A stretch of 64,000 bases of DNA from the human T2T-CHM13v2.0 reference genome, Homo sapiens. Shown here one piece after another: positions 47,344 through 60,711 of the stretch. The stretch lies in NCBI RefSeq assembly GCF_009914755.1, contig NC_060930.1; one strand, given 5' to 3'. A model generated the notes under the pieces. The model was not told the origin of the DNA. It did not search any database and saw only the letters and a list, made by a program, of their open reading frames with translations. Position numbers and translations under genes: made by a program. Position 1 is the first letter of the stretch. Each line of letters opens with the position of its first letter.

Positions 47344-48206
47344 TAATCTGTTGATAAGTTTCTTCATTTCTTAATTTTCAGTTGTGTTTTGATGTGTGTG
47401 GTCTGGGTGAGCGGCTCAGTGCTGCTGCTGTGGAGAAGGCATGATATGGAAGGGATGTGACTGTCCTTCTTCATCTTCATAACGGGGCCAGGACTGGGGT
47501 GAGGTGTGTGAGATGAATGAAGCACTGGTTTTGATACAAAATTTAAGAAAAATCAAATTCAAGAGGTAATATTTTAATACGATATTTGTAAAAAATCAAA
47601 ATTAGTGCAAAAATTTGTGATGAGCAAAATGTTAGATAAAGGCATTGTTGCTTTTCTTTTTCTGTGTATTGTAACACACCATCACTTAGTGGAGAAACAG
47701 CTCTCACTTTCCTCCTCCCCAGATACAACCATTTATGTTGAATTAAACTTCTAGTTCTCCTATACCTGTGAGCATCCCCCAGGCCCCTTGGTATGGAGAA
47801 AGCAGTTTATTTGTCTTAGTAAGATTATAAAAGTGGCAATAAAATGTGAATGTAATGAACAAAATGCACATTTTGTGGACCAACTCGTTGTTTTAGATCT
47901 ATTTTTGAAAACTCATTAGGTATGTGCATGAGGCAAAATAATTCAAGTGCAGTTGGATATTAAATGAAAAAGTGTCAGGTCCCCTTTTCTGCCATATTCT
48001 CTTCTGTGTCTTCATTAGTGGAAACCATTTTGACCAGTTCTTATAATTCTAATGATTTGCTGATGGCTCTAATTCTTGGTTTATCAACTTCAAGCAGAAT
48101 GTCTTGACATCTTGGTATGAAAGTTAAAGAATATGAATCATTTGTTCTCTCCCTTCTCCTTTCCTCTTTCTCTGCCTCTCAGTTTTTGTTGTATGCTCAC
48201 GGAGTA

Positions 48207-48265
48207 TGTGTGTGAGCATGTGTGTGTGTGTGTGTGCACGCGAGCACGTGTGTGTGTGTGCGCGC
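48207..48265. repeat. Compound (TG)n/(CG)n alternating purine-pyrimidine tract
   Basis: tgtgtgtgagcatgtgtg...gcacgcgagcacgtgtgtg...gcgcgc. Confidence 0.9.
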
Positions 48266-48569
48266 CCATGGGTCCATTTTTGCATGGCAGGCTTTGTTTT
48301 AGAAAGATTGGTTACAACAGCTGCCCCACCAATCTCCTCTACAGGGAAGGATTCCTACTCTGAGACCTTGGTCTTTTCCAGGCAGATCACTTACATTTCC
48401 TCACAGATTATTTCTCATCCTGCAGCCTGGGTCCAAATGGGCTTTGCTGTGAACAGTGACTCTCAGGCTTCTGGTCTCTGCTGTGCTTGAGTGTCGTTGA
48501 GATGCTCCATCTCCTCCTACTGCACCCACCCAGCAATCATCTCTCTTTCAGGAATTCACCAAAGTCTTT

Positions 48570-49023
48570 TTTAAAATTATTCTTTTGTTTTGAGACAGAG
48601 TCTTGCTCTGTTGCCCAGGCTGGAGTACAGTGGCGCAATCTCCGCTCGCTGCAACCTCTGCCTCCTGGGTTCAAGTGATTCTCCTGCCTCAGCCTCCTGA
48701 CTGGCAGGGACTACAGGCATGTGTCACCACACCCAGCTAATTTTTGTATTTTTAGTAGAGATGGTGTTTCACCATATTGGCCAGGCTGGTCTCAAACTCC
48801 TGACCTCAGGTGATCTGCCGGGGTCCATTTTACGTGGCAGACTTTATTTTAGAAAGATAGGTTACGACAGTTGCTCCACCCATCCCCCCTGCAGGGAAGG
48901 AGTCCTACTCTGAGACCTTGGTCTTTTCCAGGCAGATCACTTACCTTTCCTCACAGATTATTTCTCATCCTGCAGCCTGGGTCCAAAGTGCTGGGATTAC
49001 AAGCGTAAGCCACCACATCCGGC
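48570..49023 (-). mobile_element. AluS carrying a 167-nt foreign insert (48821-48987) copied from 48270-48437
   Basis: Alu breaks at tgatctgcc and resumes at ccaaagtgctgggattaca; 14-bp TSD tcaccaaagtcttt at 48556-48569 and 49024-49037. Confidence 0.93.
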
Positions 49024-49324
49024 TCACCAAAGTCTTTGGGTGGTTGATGTCATATGCCTCCAGTTGATAGCACTTTTAAGAATTTTTCCTTTTTGTATGC
49101 TGTTATTATTTTTAGAAGGCTTTTGGATTATTATTGTTAAAGAGTATGCCATGTCTATCTTTTAACTTTTAAGCATCTATTGCTTTGTTACTTGTACTTT
49201 ATATATATGTATATCCTTCCCCCAATAAGACAAAGAGTGCAAATAATCACCTCCCTTGCCTGTTGTTTGGGTTTAATTCAGGAGTCAGTGGAATTAAAAG
49301 CCTAAACTCAGTATAGTTTTAAAG

Positions 49325-49826
49325 CAGCAGTCCCCAACCCTTTTGGCACCAGGGACTGGCTTTGTGGAAGACAGTTTTTCCATGGACCAGTGTGGGGGCT
49401 GGAAGGTGATTCCAGGATGATTCAGGTACATTACATTAATTGTGCACTTTATTTCTATTATTATTACATTGCAATACATAAGGAAGTAATTATACAACTT
49501 ACCATAACATAGAATCAATGGGAGCCTTGAGCTTCTTTTCCTGCAACTAGACGGTCCCATCTGGGGGTGATGGGAGACAGTGACAGATTATCAGGCATTA
49601 GATTATCATAAGGAGTGCACAACCTAGATCCCTTGTGTGCACAGTTCACAGTAGGATTCGTGCTCCTATGAGAATCTAATGCTGCCACTGATCTGACAGG
49701 AGGTGGAGCTCAGGCAGTAATGCGAGCAATGGGAGTGGCTGTAAATACAGATGAAGCTTCACTTGCACGTTCACTGCTCACCTCCTGTTGGGCGGCCCAG
49801 TTCCTAACCAGGGTTGGGGACCCCTG
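49325..49826. mobile_element. MER1A hAT-Charlie element
   Basis: TIRs cagcagtccccaacc / ggttggggacccctg; 8-bp TSD ttttaaag/ctttaaag. Confidence 0.92.
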
Positions 49827-49849
49827 CTTTAAAGAATATGTTTGTGGAT

Positions 49850-50058
49850 TCATAGAGGGAAACAACACACACTGGGGCCTTTCGGAGGGTGGAGGGTGGG
49901 AGGAGGCAGATGATCAGAAAAAATATTAATAACTAATGTGTACTAGGCTTAATATCTGGGTGTTGAAATAATCTATACAACAAACCCCCATGACACAAGT
50001 TTACCTATGTGAGAAACCTGCACGTGTACTCCAGAGCTTAAAATAAATGTTAAAAAAT
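49850..50058 (+). mobile_element. L1PA (older) 3'UTR fragment
   Basis: aacaacacacactggggcct...ggagggtggagggtgggagg...aaaccccatgacacaagtttacctatg. Confidence 0.88.
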
Positions 50059-53000
50059 TCCCTCCAAAAAGGATATATTTGCATCGGAGTTATATTTGTA
50101 TATGAGTATATATTTGTATATATAAATATACTTGTATATGAAAAAAATATCTTTTTTCTTTCATTTTATTTTCCAAACATTAAAGTTGGGCACATTGGTT
50201 AGGAATTTCACCAATACTTTTTACAAAACTGAGGACTTGGATGATAAAGGCACTTTTTAAAAGATTACACACTGGCATGGGGAATAATACCTTTATAAAG
50301 ATGATCTATGTGTTCCTGAATATCCCGATGCATCTCCTAGCTGGATCTTCCGCTCCACAAAAATTCATAAGATGAGATTCTTGAATTAGAATGCATGCCT
50401 TAATGTATTAAGTCTATGTAGAGAGAGTTATTTAGTCCATGTAAATTAAGTGGGAATATTTTTATTTGATTACTGTTTTATCTGGATCTTGCCCACTTAA
50501 GGCCTTCAAAAATGAAATTTAAGGCCTGTTAAGCAGACCCAACATCAACAGCATATTCTCTCTCTCTTGTAAGTATTGTCTAGTTGATAAAAAATTTCAA
50601 AAACATGTCTTAATCAAAAACAAGATGATCCAGCACAGGTTTAATAAATGTTTTGTGAATATGGCACATTCGTGTCTCATTACTACAGTTTTCCTATGCT
50701 GTCTTTCTCAATAATTCCCCCCAAAATTGTAGTGTTTACATTATGGCATTTATAGTTACCTCTGAACCTAAAAAATTAACTTCAAAAGTATTTAAAAAAA
50801 TCATTATATTTAAAACCATTTCATGTTTAAATGGTTTGTACAGGGCAATGAAAGGAAATGTAGTAATAAACACAGAATCAGATTTGGTCACTAATATTTT
50901 TCTGCAGTTGAAATATATGTAGACTGGCTTAGGGTCTAAATAGCATTGAATCCTGTTACCTTCCATCTATAATCAATTAATGTATTATGACATTGTTGTC
51001 CTCAGATCACTGGGATCTCATGGTAAGTAAGTAAAGGGATTATTCTGTGCATTTTCCCAATATCTATATTAGTTTTAATATACCTTTATGTTAATGTATG
51101 ACACTGACACTTAGTAATTGGATTAACTTCCTATCAGAATTTGTTTTTCACTCATACTTTGTATACATGTCTTAAGGGTAGGGTAGATGTACATTTTTTT
51201 CTGTGTTAGCCTATCTGTTTCTGTGACACTACATGCTTTCTGTCCTCCAATTTGTGTTTCTTTCCGTGTACAAATATGCATCATCTACCATCTACATCTA
51301 CAAAACATGTAGGCTTCCAATGTTTTCATGTAAATACATTTCATGAGTCCTCAGTAGAGTGTTAGATGAGTGGTTAATTAGTAATGTTAATAAATGTAAA
51401 TTACAATAAAAACATTTATAATGTTAATAAATATAAGTTTATTGAACTTAAATAATTTAAACATCTTCTGAAATGTAGTAGAAATTATGATTAGCCATAA
51501 CTAGTACAGTATTTTTTGCTTGTTTAATTTTTTTGGTGATATTCCATTTGTGGAATGAGTGTGTGTGTGTGTGTGCAGTACAGACAGAAAGGAGAGAAAC
51601 ATATCTGCATGTTATGTTAGAAAGAGTAGTGTTAGCTACCCTACCAAATTTACATACTGGCTGAACACAGTATGTAAAAAATTATTTTTTTAGTCCATTG
51701 CTGGTGTTCCTTGTTGTTGGGTGACTCTATTCCACATGGTGATGCAGGGAACCAATCTCCTTCCTTCTGTGGCTGTGTAATCCCTTGCAACCTTGAAGTC
51801 CTCTGCATCTAACTTTAGGATGAGGAAAGTGAAGGTGGAGGATATAGCCCTCTTGACTGCCTTGACCTGGACCTGGAACATCTCTTTTGCTCCCATTCCA
51901 TGGGGAAGAACTAGTGACATGGTGGCCCATAGCTGCAGAGGGGAGGCTGAGAAATGCAGCCTCTGGATAAGAAGCCTACTCCCAGTGGTTACTGTACATT
52001 GTGGGAGGGAAGCTTGAATTCTGATGGACAGTGAGAACCATTCTCCACACAATAACGAAATGACGTCTTCTCAACCTTGGCAATGTAGCATCCTGTGACT
52101 TAAGTATGTAAATAATTATCAGTACAGGTCAGTGAAAAATTAGGTCACCTTTCCCTTCCACTTTTAATTCTATAGTTTAATTTGCCTATCTGCTACATAT
52201 TATATATATGGGAATAGATAAGATTATCTATAAACATGTATAAATTTGTTTCCTACACTAAAAAGAAAAATGACAAAGAATTAAGTTAGTTGCCCAAATC
52301 CACACAATACCACCAGGAGAAAGTCTAGGAACCATACCTTCTAAATCCAGGTCTACACTTCTTTAGTGCACTAAATTTTTTCCTAATATAGCTCTGAGGA
52401 GACTGGTGTTTAAGAGGAGAATGTTAAGCCAAAAGCCCATTTCACTTGGCTCTGTACAGACAGTAAGTTAATTTCCAGGATGTATAACTCCTGATTTTCT
52501 GTGATGACAGAGAAAATACTGACCTGATTTGGGTAACTCTGAGGTTTGGAGATCTTGAATAGCCTCATGTTCCTGAACTTCTTTACCATACATGAATTAC
52601 TTCTTAGGAAGAAACATTTATTCTGTAGAATTTGGTTTCGCATTTTATTTTTATTTTCTTAGACACTGGTAGTTGGAAATTCAGGAAGAATTTGACTACA
52701 AAAAACATTTATTAAAAAGAGTTTCTAATCTCACCTGCTAAGTGCTACAAGGAAAAAAAAAAATACATTTTGAGCCCTCAAGGGGCTCCAAATACGGTTG
52801 AAGGAAAATTAGACCCAGAATAGTATATGATTAGGAACAAAACGATGGCAGAGAAATGAGAGTTTAGAGAAAGGAGAGATAATCCTGAGTTACCTTAGGA
52901 AGAGAAAATTTCACAGAGAAAACGGCCCCCACACTGATTTGGGGAAGATGATTCAGACTTGTCTCAATGGCATGAGGAGCAGGGGCCAGATGGGAAAGGA

Positions 53001-53454
53001 CATCGTGGTGGAAATGACACGATGAGCAGAAGCTTAGAAGTACTTCTGCTTCACGTCTGTGATTCTGCCTCTCCCCTTGTTTCTGCAGTGCTAAGTTGAG
53101 TGTAGTTCCCCACACAAACCCTGAGCTTTCTTCCCCTCCAGGCTGCTCCATCAGTCAGACAGGAGTGCCTTCTCAGGGGATCCTCTTCCTCATCTTATCG
53201 GGCCACTCATCTCGTCGCAGACATTCCCATACTCCTGGTTGACTTGCTCTTCCCTCTTTTTAACTGACATGAGCAGGCATCACCTCTTCCAGGAAACTTC
53301 CCTGACACCAGGCTGAGTCTCTCTGGTGTCGGGGAAGGCTTCTGTATTACTGCATCTGCCATTTTGATTTAAGGTTTTCTGCTCATTCCAACTCAACAGT
53401 GAGCTCTTTGAGGGCAGAAATTGTGTCTTATTCATTTTTCTTGTTATGCCCTAA

Positions 53455-53775
53455 AAATGTATTGTGATAATATATAAGTAACGTACAATTTACCATTTTC
53501 ACCTCTTGAAGTGTATAGCTCAGTGGCGTTAAGTGCATTCACACTGTTGTGCAACCATTATCACCATTCATCTCCAGAACTTTCTCATCATCCCAGGCAA
53601 ACTCTGTATCCATTACACAATAGCTCTCCATTTCCTCCTGCCCTCAGCCTCAGGAAACCTCCCATCTACTTTCTCTTTCTACGCGTTTAACTACTCATAT
53701 AGATGGAATCATCCAACATTTTTCCTTTTGTGCCTGGCTTATTTCACTTGACATAATGTTTTCAAGGTTCTTTTA
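53455..53775 (-). mobile_element. L1MB 3' end inserted in an L2 remnant
   Basis: cattcacactgttgtgcaacca...ccagaactttctcatcatccc...tggcttatttcactt. Confidence 0.85.
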
Positions 53776-54929
53776 TGTTTTCTTATGCGTTTTTATATCT
53801 CTCTATCTTTGATAGCACCCAATACATAGAAGACAATGAATGTTTTTGTGAGTGAAAACATAAGACCAGAAAGAAATAGGATGTCATATTCTAGGGACAC
53901 TCAAGACACTTTCTTGAGGACAGAGGCACTGTAGCTTGGAATTTGGAAGATGAGGTTGGCAAGGTGGGTGGGGAAAGGATGGAAAAGTGATACGTTTCTT
54001 GAAGCATGTGGATTTGCTTCCATAAGCAGTGGTGGACCAGTGGGCACCCTTATCTATTAAAAGAATGATTTTTTTTGTGACTCGTGTAGAGCACTGTCTT
54101 AGTTACCTACCCCAGTGGTAGATAAGAGAAGCGGATTAAAAAGAGATCTGAACCTGAGGAAATGGAGACTACCAAGTTTTTTGTAAATATGTCTGTTATA
54201 ACATATATTATCTAGTACTTGCGATGCCTGTGCCAAAGCATGCTTTTTGGTTTAGTTAAGCCTACTTAGCTCGCTAATTTCAGTAATTTTGGCTTGAATT
54301 GCAAAAAGTTGATGGGGGAGATGGGGGAGTCTCTGACATCCTTCCCCCACTCACAGGTTTGAAAAATAAAATTATGAAGAGCAAAAGGATCTTTTTCTGT
54401 GGTAAATTGTACTTCATGACAATAAACGAGTTGTGGTTTTAGTGGTTAATTTATAAATTAGGCCATCTGGTTCTTCTGTAATCTAAAGATTTTTATATAT
54501 ATGTAAAATACAAAGTTGTCCTGGGCAACTGCCAATCTATAAAGGAGAAAACATCTTGAACTCTGTGGAGATAATAAAACCATATTCAGCTGCCAAAGTG
54601 CTGCTGACATACTGTCCAATGAGACACCCAACGCCTTTGCATTACAGCCAGCAAGGTGTGGAGCTAGATGTATTGATCTATTTAATAATATTAGCTTCTC
54701 TTCTCTGGGTCGGACTTGGCCCAGAGCAAGTGAACAGGACCTATCTATCTCCTTCTCAAAAGTCACAGCTTTCTTACCAAATTGTACAACTCAAGCCACA
54801 AAGAAAACAAGTCAAGGAAAGGACCAGAGGAGCACGAGGGCACATGCCTTGTTCCCAGACCCTGGGACCAGCTCCAGCTCTGGCTCCTTGCAGATCCCGC
54901 TCTTCTCAAGTTCTCTGGCTTTGATCCTA

Positions 54930-55610
54930 GTTTTCTGCCCTACTATTCCTGACATGTACAGCACTTAGCAATTCATAACTTGCTTTATTAACCAATATCT
55001 CAACAGAACTTTTAAACAACCTGGGAGGAAGCAGAGTGGGTGTTACTGTCCTCATTGCACAGATAATGAAACTGAGGTTCAGAAAGGTTGAGTGTCTTGC
55101 CCAAGGCCACACGGCTTCTTAGTGGAGAAGCCAGGATCTGCACCAATGTCTTCCATTGGACACACTGCCACTTAATATGGTACTTAGTTTTTCTTTCTAG
55201 ATGAAGCAGTATGAGGAATTCTACCATGGATATCTCTCTCTATTTTTTTAAACTGCAAAATAATGATAATGATAATAATGAATACTTCTAGAATACAGTC
55301 TCTATGCCAGGCACTATATGCTTTATATGTACTAACTTGCTTAATTCTCCTAACAACCCTAGAAGGTAGTTACTAATATTATCACTATTTTTAAATGGGG
55401 AAACTGAGTTACAGAGATGGTAAATAAGTTGCCCAAGGTCACAGAGGCAGCCAGATTAGTGACAAAAGTTTGAGAGTACTCAGTTTGAATTTTACATGTT
55501 CCGTGGATATGGTTTATGCCAAATACCTTCTCCTTTCTAGACCTCAGTTTCCTCATGTATCAAACAAGTGGACTGCACTATACAACTCTGAGGTCCCTTC
55601 TAGCCTGAAG
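54930..55610. mobile_element. Cluster of MIR fragments
   Basis: Repeated cores gaaactgaggttcaga, ggggaaactgagttacagaga...ttgcccaaggtcaca, cctcagtttcctcat. Confidence 0.75.
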
Positions 55611-56607
55611 ATTAGAGTCTTTTATGCCCACATGATATGGAAAACATTAATGCTGGCTCTTTAAGACTGGAACCTTGTCATTTAAAAAAATAAGCTCTAC
55701 TAAATTTGCAGTAAACTGTCCAAATACGATCTCTGGTCTCTGATTTGTATCTCTCACAGAGCATGATACAATGCTAGACACATATATACTCATTAAAAAC
55801 TTGCTGAATTAAATTGTAAAACATTCCTCCAGATAGACCGTAAGGGTGAGCTGATGCCCTAATATGCTCCTCAGCTGCTGACTTAGGACCCGTGGGTGAC
55901 AAACCCTGTCCTTGTTGTTCCATCTGTGACAGTGGGCAGTGTCCAAAATGAGTCTCTTCATCAAAAGTGAGTCCAGGAAACTGGATCAGAGTAAGTAAGG
56001 AGTCTTCCTTGCTTCTTTTTCTCTAAAATACAATACAGTGCATTCTAGCAAACTACCAGCATGCCTATAAATCTCATTTTAAAAATATCAGGAAATAGAT
56101 GCTCATTGATAAAGAGGGTAAGAATGAGCAAGGGAGAGAGTCAAGCCTGTACATTTGTGCTTAGGGTATTTTCATTTGAGAAATTATCATTGGAAAGATC
56201 AATTTCCAAGGCAGGCGTTTTGTCTTGACTTAATAAACTAATCTTTATCAATAATAATTAAATAATGTCATTTTCCCAGATACAAAGGGGAAACCATAAT
56301 GCCTTTCATATGCCTTCTCATATCTTCAGTGTTTCTCAAACCCAGCTGTGGGGTCTTTTTAGGGAAGATACAAGGAGGGTGAGACCATGTGGAGCACACA
56401 CTCAGCAGCCACTGTGAAGTCATGGGTCCCTTGCTACCTTTGGAAGCTGACAATCTGCATGAAAAGCAGCCCCTAGGAACATGGGTAGTGGCCCGGGATC
56501 CAAAACTCCTGAATCCATAAAAGGGCTTTTGACTTCTTGTTCCAGGACAAGTGACATCTGACATGCTTGCCTGCTTGTTTGCCTTTCTTCCTTCTCCTAT
56601 CCGTCTT

Positions 56608-56706
56608 TCCATCCATCTGTCCATCAGTCTATCTGTCCATCCAGTCATCCATCCATCCTTCCATCCATTCGTCTATTCATCCATCCGTCCTTCCATCCAT
56701 CCATCC
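56608..56706. repeat. (TCCA)n tetranucleotide repeat at an L2 tail
   Basis: catccatccatcc... followed by atttattgagcactta. Confidence 0.9.
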
Positions 56707-57089
56707 AAGATTTATTGAGCACTTACATGACAGGAAGTATGAGACACAAAAGAAAATTCTACACAATTCTCCTAGGGACATGAACTAATGGTTAGCAAAA
56801 ATATATGGGAAGTCCTGCTTCAAGTAAAATTATGACTTAAGATATACATCAGATATTTGAAAAAGATATTTTTAAGTTCAACATTGAAATTCTAACTACA
56901 TTGTGTCCTTAATTTCTATTTTCTAGTTAGACTTTTTTGAAGATACAAATCATTTGAATTATCATTATTATTGTTACTTGATTTTATTTATTCCACATGA
57001 ATGGTAAGAATTTTAAAGGAAGGTGGGTGCCCTAAAAATACATTTATGCCAACTGGATTGAATCACCTTGAATCACAATGAGTACAACA

Positions 57090-57360
57090 ACTGCTAATGA
57101 GCTAACACTTAATGAGTAATGACCAGGCACCAGACACTGTTCTAGCACTTTATACTTACTGATTTCTTTACTCTTCATGATAACCCTATGAGGAAAGTGC
57201 TTTTTTGTTAAGCTCCATTTTCAGCTGAAGAAGCTGAGGCCTGGAGAAGTTACATAGCTTTCTCATGGTGTCTCCACTATGAAGTAGCTGAGCTGAGATC
57301 TCACCCAAGGCCCTGCTGGGTTCAGGCCACACTCTTAAGTACTCACAGCTGCATCACACT
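57090..57360 (-). mobile_element. MIR
   Basis: aaccctatgagg...ccattttcagctgaagaagctgaggc. Confidence 0.7.
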
Positions 57361-60300
57361 GAATATCATCTCCCTGCACTGCCATTTCATTTGAGCAGGG
57401 CTTTGCCTGTCAAGAACATTCATATCTTTTGATAAACAGTGCATTTTTTCCCTGATAGTCTGTATGGGACAGCCTCCTTGTTTGCATCTGAAGGACAGGG
57501 ACTTCAGGACCTCCTGCTGTGGTCACCAAGGAATCACATTCAAACTTCTCAGCAAGGTGTTATGGTCCTTCTCAGTTTGCCTACGATCCATTGAGGCAAA
57601 GGTTTCCTTCTCTCAATACACCCTCTGCTTTAGCCAGGGGGACCTCCCACTGTCCTCTCTATGTGTTCTATTTGTTCCTGACTGTTAGTACCCGCTTGTG
57701 TGGTTTCCATGATCCTTCTTCTGCCTGGAATGAGGCTCCTCTTGAGTCCTGAGAGCTTCATTTCTGTCTGTCTTTTGGGCTGTGCCAAAGCCCCTCTGCC
57801 TTCGTGGACTCCCCACTGATTCATTACCAATTTTCCTCTCCTCTGGGCTCTTCTTAGATTGCAAATGGTGCCTCTGGATTGGGTACCAAGACTTGCAGTG
57901 CCTTATTTTGATACCACTAATATGAGACCATGTTATATGCCTCTTGAGATATCATTCCCTTTCTAGCAATAGACAGTGATAAGCATGCGTATAGAGGGTA
58001 AACGTAGGACTTTGAGGTTCATCCATCTCAATAGACAAAAGTAAAAGTATGCTAATTTCAATCCTTCACACAGTAAATTGAATGTAATAGGTCTTCAGTA
58101 ACTATTTGAGGAATGAAATTGTTATTGATATATTGATTTAACTGAGCAAATCCATAAGTGCCACGCTTGGAGTAAAGTACAGGGAATCTCATTTTTTGGG
58201 TAATTTCAAACAAGTAGGAGACCATCCACTATCTATTAAGGACAAAGGAGATTTGAGTGACAAACATGTTCCAGACCATCCAATGGTGTTATTCTACTAC
58301 TTCATCCCAGCTAGTAAAATGGGGCAATAAGAACCAAAAAGCAGGTACTGTCCCTATGTAAGTAGACTTCCTAGTCCTGGCCAAAACAAAAACAAAAAAA
58401 AAACAAAGCAACACAAAACAAAAACAATGTGTGAAGAGCATCTTACCGTTCATTGCTTTGGATGATTTGTGCAAATCTAGTTAATGGGGGTGGATCTGAT
58501 CAGTCTTTGTAGGAAGTCAGTATTGGCATATGTCTGGCTTCTGAATTTTCTAAAAATATAATTATTTATTTTTAAATCCATTCAATCAACACTGAATTTA
58601 CTAATCAACTACTAAATAAGTAAAAGATCCTATAGTAGATCCTTCAAGAAATGGAAATTGAGACATTAGGTCACTATAAACCCCAACCCTTGTAATCTTT
58701 TTGTGGCAACCTTAGGAAACTTGGAATGCTTTTTACACTCTGATAAAGGTTTAATTGTAATCATAGCCCCAGTGTTGCAAAATGAGTCAGAAGATACAAA
58801 GTATCTCATAGGATAATATTATAGCTGTAGGTACTTCAAATGGACAAGTATAACACATTATGACTGCTAATATGGATGCATTGGGAGGAAAATAAGCCCT
58901 AAGAAGCAATATGCAGAAAAGCTATGATTGCTGGAGACAGATAGATCCAAGAACCTAGGTAATTTTTCAGCAAACTGTGGTTCCACTTTCGCCTCTTTCT
59001 TGACATTGACTGTGTTTTTAACAGGGAAAAAGTTATCTGAAATTTTTGATAGAGTTCAAACTTTAAATCGTGTTCACTTTGCTAAAACTCCACTGGATGG
59101 AGTGGCAGAAGAGAAAAAACACAGAAATAAAAGAAAAGCAGTAATGGAGAATGGAAAATCTTTAAAGATGCTACCATCCTGAAAAGATTCGAAAGCAAGC
59201 CCAGGAAAGCCACGGGGAGGGAAAGAGCGCTTAGAGGTGTCCCCAAAGCTTTCAGAAGTGATGAGGGAAACCCCAGCTCTTCTTGTTACTTCTTGGCATT
59301 TTGTTCCTCTATACGTTAGCTTTTGGTTAATCTTTCATGTTACTTATTATCTCTGTTTTAAAATTTCACATTAACTCATTGGTTTCATATCCCACTTAAC
59401 AAATTAGATATTTTCCTTGGGCTTATTAAGAAAATTATTTGCTCTCATATGTTATGGCTTTAGATTTTCTGTGTAGCTAGGACTGTTCTTAAATTTTTAT
59501 CTTTACCTTTGTTATTTCTCTGAAGCATCCCCATTGGGGTGGCAGTGGGGGGTATTAAATGGTTATGTAAAATTTACATGTAATTGTGCAATTTACACAT
59601 AGCCTCAAATATAATGAGGCCTAGTCTAGCTGCCCATACCAAGAGGATATTATAGTTGCCAATAAAATCAGTATTATTTCTTTTTTTTTTCTGTTCTTTT
59701 TTAGCTTCTTGCAAACATTCACTCAGAATCCTTTTTGAATATCAGTTTTGTGAAAAGCACCGTGCTGGGTTCTTTGGGAAAAGCCAAGATGAGGGCAAAT
59801 GCATCCTCCTTCCTAGTGAGTCTAGCACACAGATGACTCAGGAAGTCATGCACTGGAGGAGGAGTATCTTCTAGAACTGGGGAAAGGTTAAGGAAGGGAT
59901 CAGAAACCTTTTTCACTCAACCAATTACATTTTCCTGAAAGCATGTTATTAATCGTACATGATCTTGCAGACCCCAGATAGAGACTATATCACTATATCA
60001 ATTGTTTTCTTGAACAACTGGAGTTAATTCTCATATGTTTGGTTACCCTTCAAGTATTTATGTTTAGGATCTGTTTTCTTCCTCTTAACTTACATTCCAA
60101 AGTTTAGGTATCCTTCCCCTCCATTTGCTGTCCAAAACAGCATCCTTTCATGTAGCTACATGCCATTGGAATGATTTGGTTTTTGCCATGGATTCCTAGT
60201 CCTAAATTTGGACTTTTATTGGTATCTAAGATGTCATGGACAGAACCCACAGATGTTGTACAAAAAGGGCTGAGTGGACAGTCCAACAGAGTTACATCAT

Positions 60301-60687
60301 CTGTTCCAAACACCCTTGTAATGGTTGTATCAGCGTCAATGTCTGAGTTGCTGTCCTGGTTCTCCTGGCCAGTCCTCAGCTGGCCATGCCTGTTCAGGCA
60401 CCAGAGAAAGCTTCATACCTCAGGCAAATCTTTACAAGGGATTTGAAAGGCAAGAAACATGTATTTTGGAGGTTTTACCTGTTTATTTCATGTATAGCTT
60501 CATATTAACAGATTTTGCTATCACTTAAAAGTAAATAAAATGATTTTGATTTCTCAAAATCATCTTATAATTTATTAATCTATTTTAAGGCTTGCATTTA
60601 CATTTAATCTTCAAATCTTGATGCATTTTCACAGAGTTTCTTTAGTTAGTTAAGGATATTAATGACTTCCTTTAATAGTTGATGAAG

Positions 60688-60711
60688 TGAGTCATCATCG
60701 ACAGTGAGTCA
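60688..60711. promoter_or_regulatory. Pair of consensus AP-1 sites (candidate enhancer element)
   Basis: TGAGTCA at 60688-60694 and 60705-60711; motif only. Confidence 0.35.

Noticed and set aside
54556-54924. 122-aa plus-strand ORF
   Set aside because: TTG start, no recognisable homology, no in-phase strong acceptor identified
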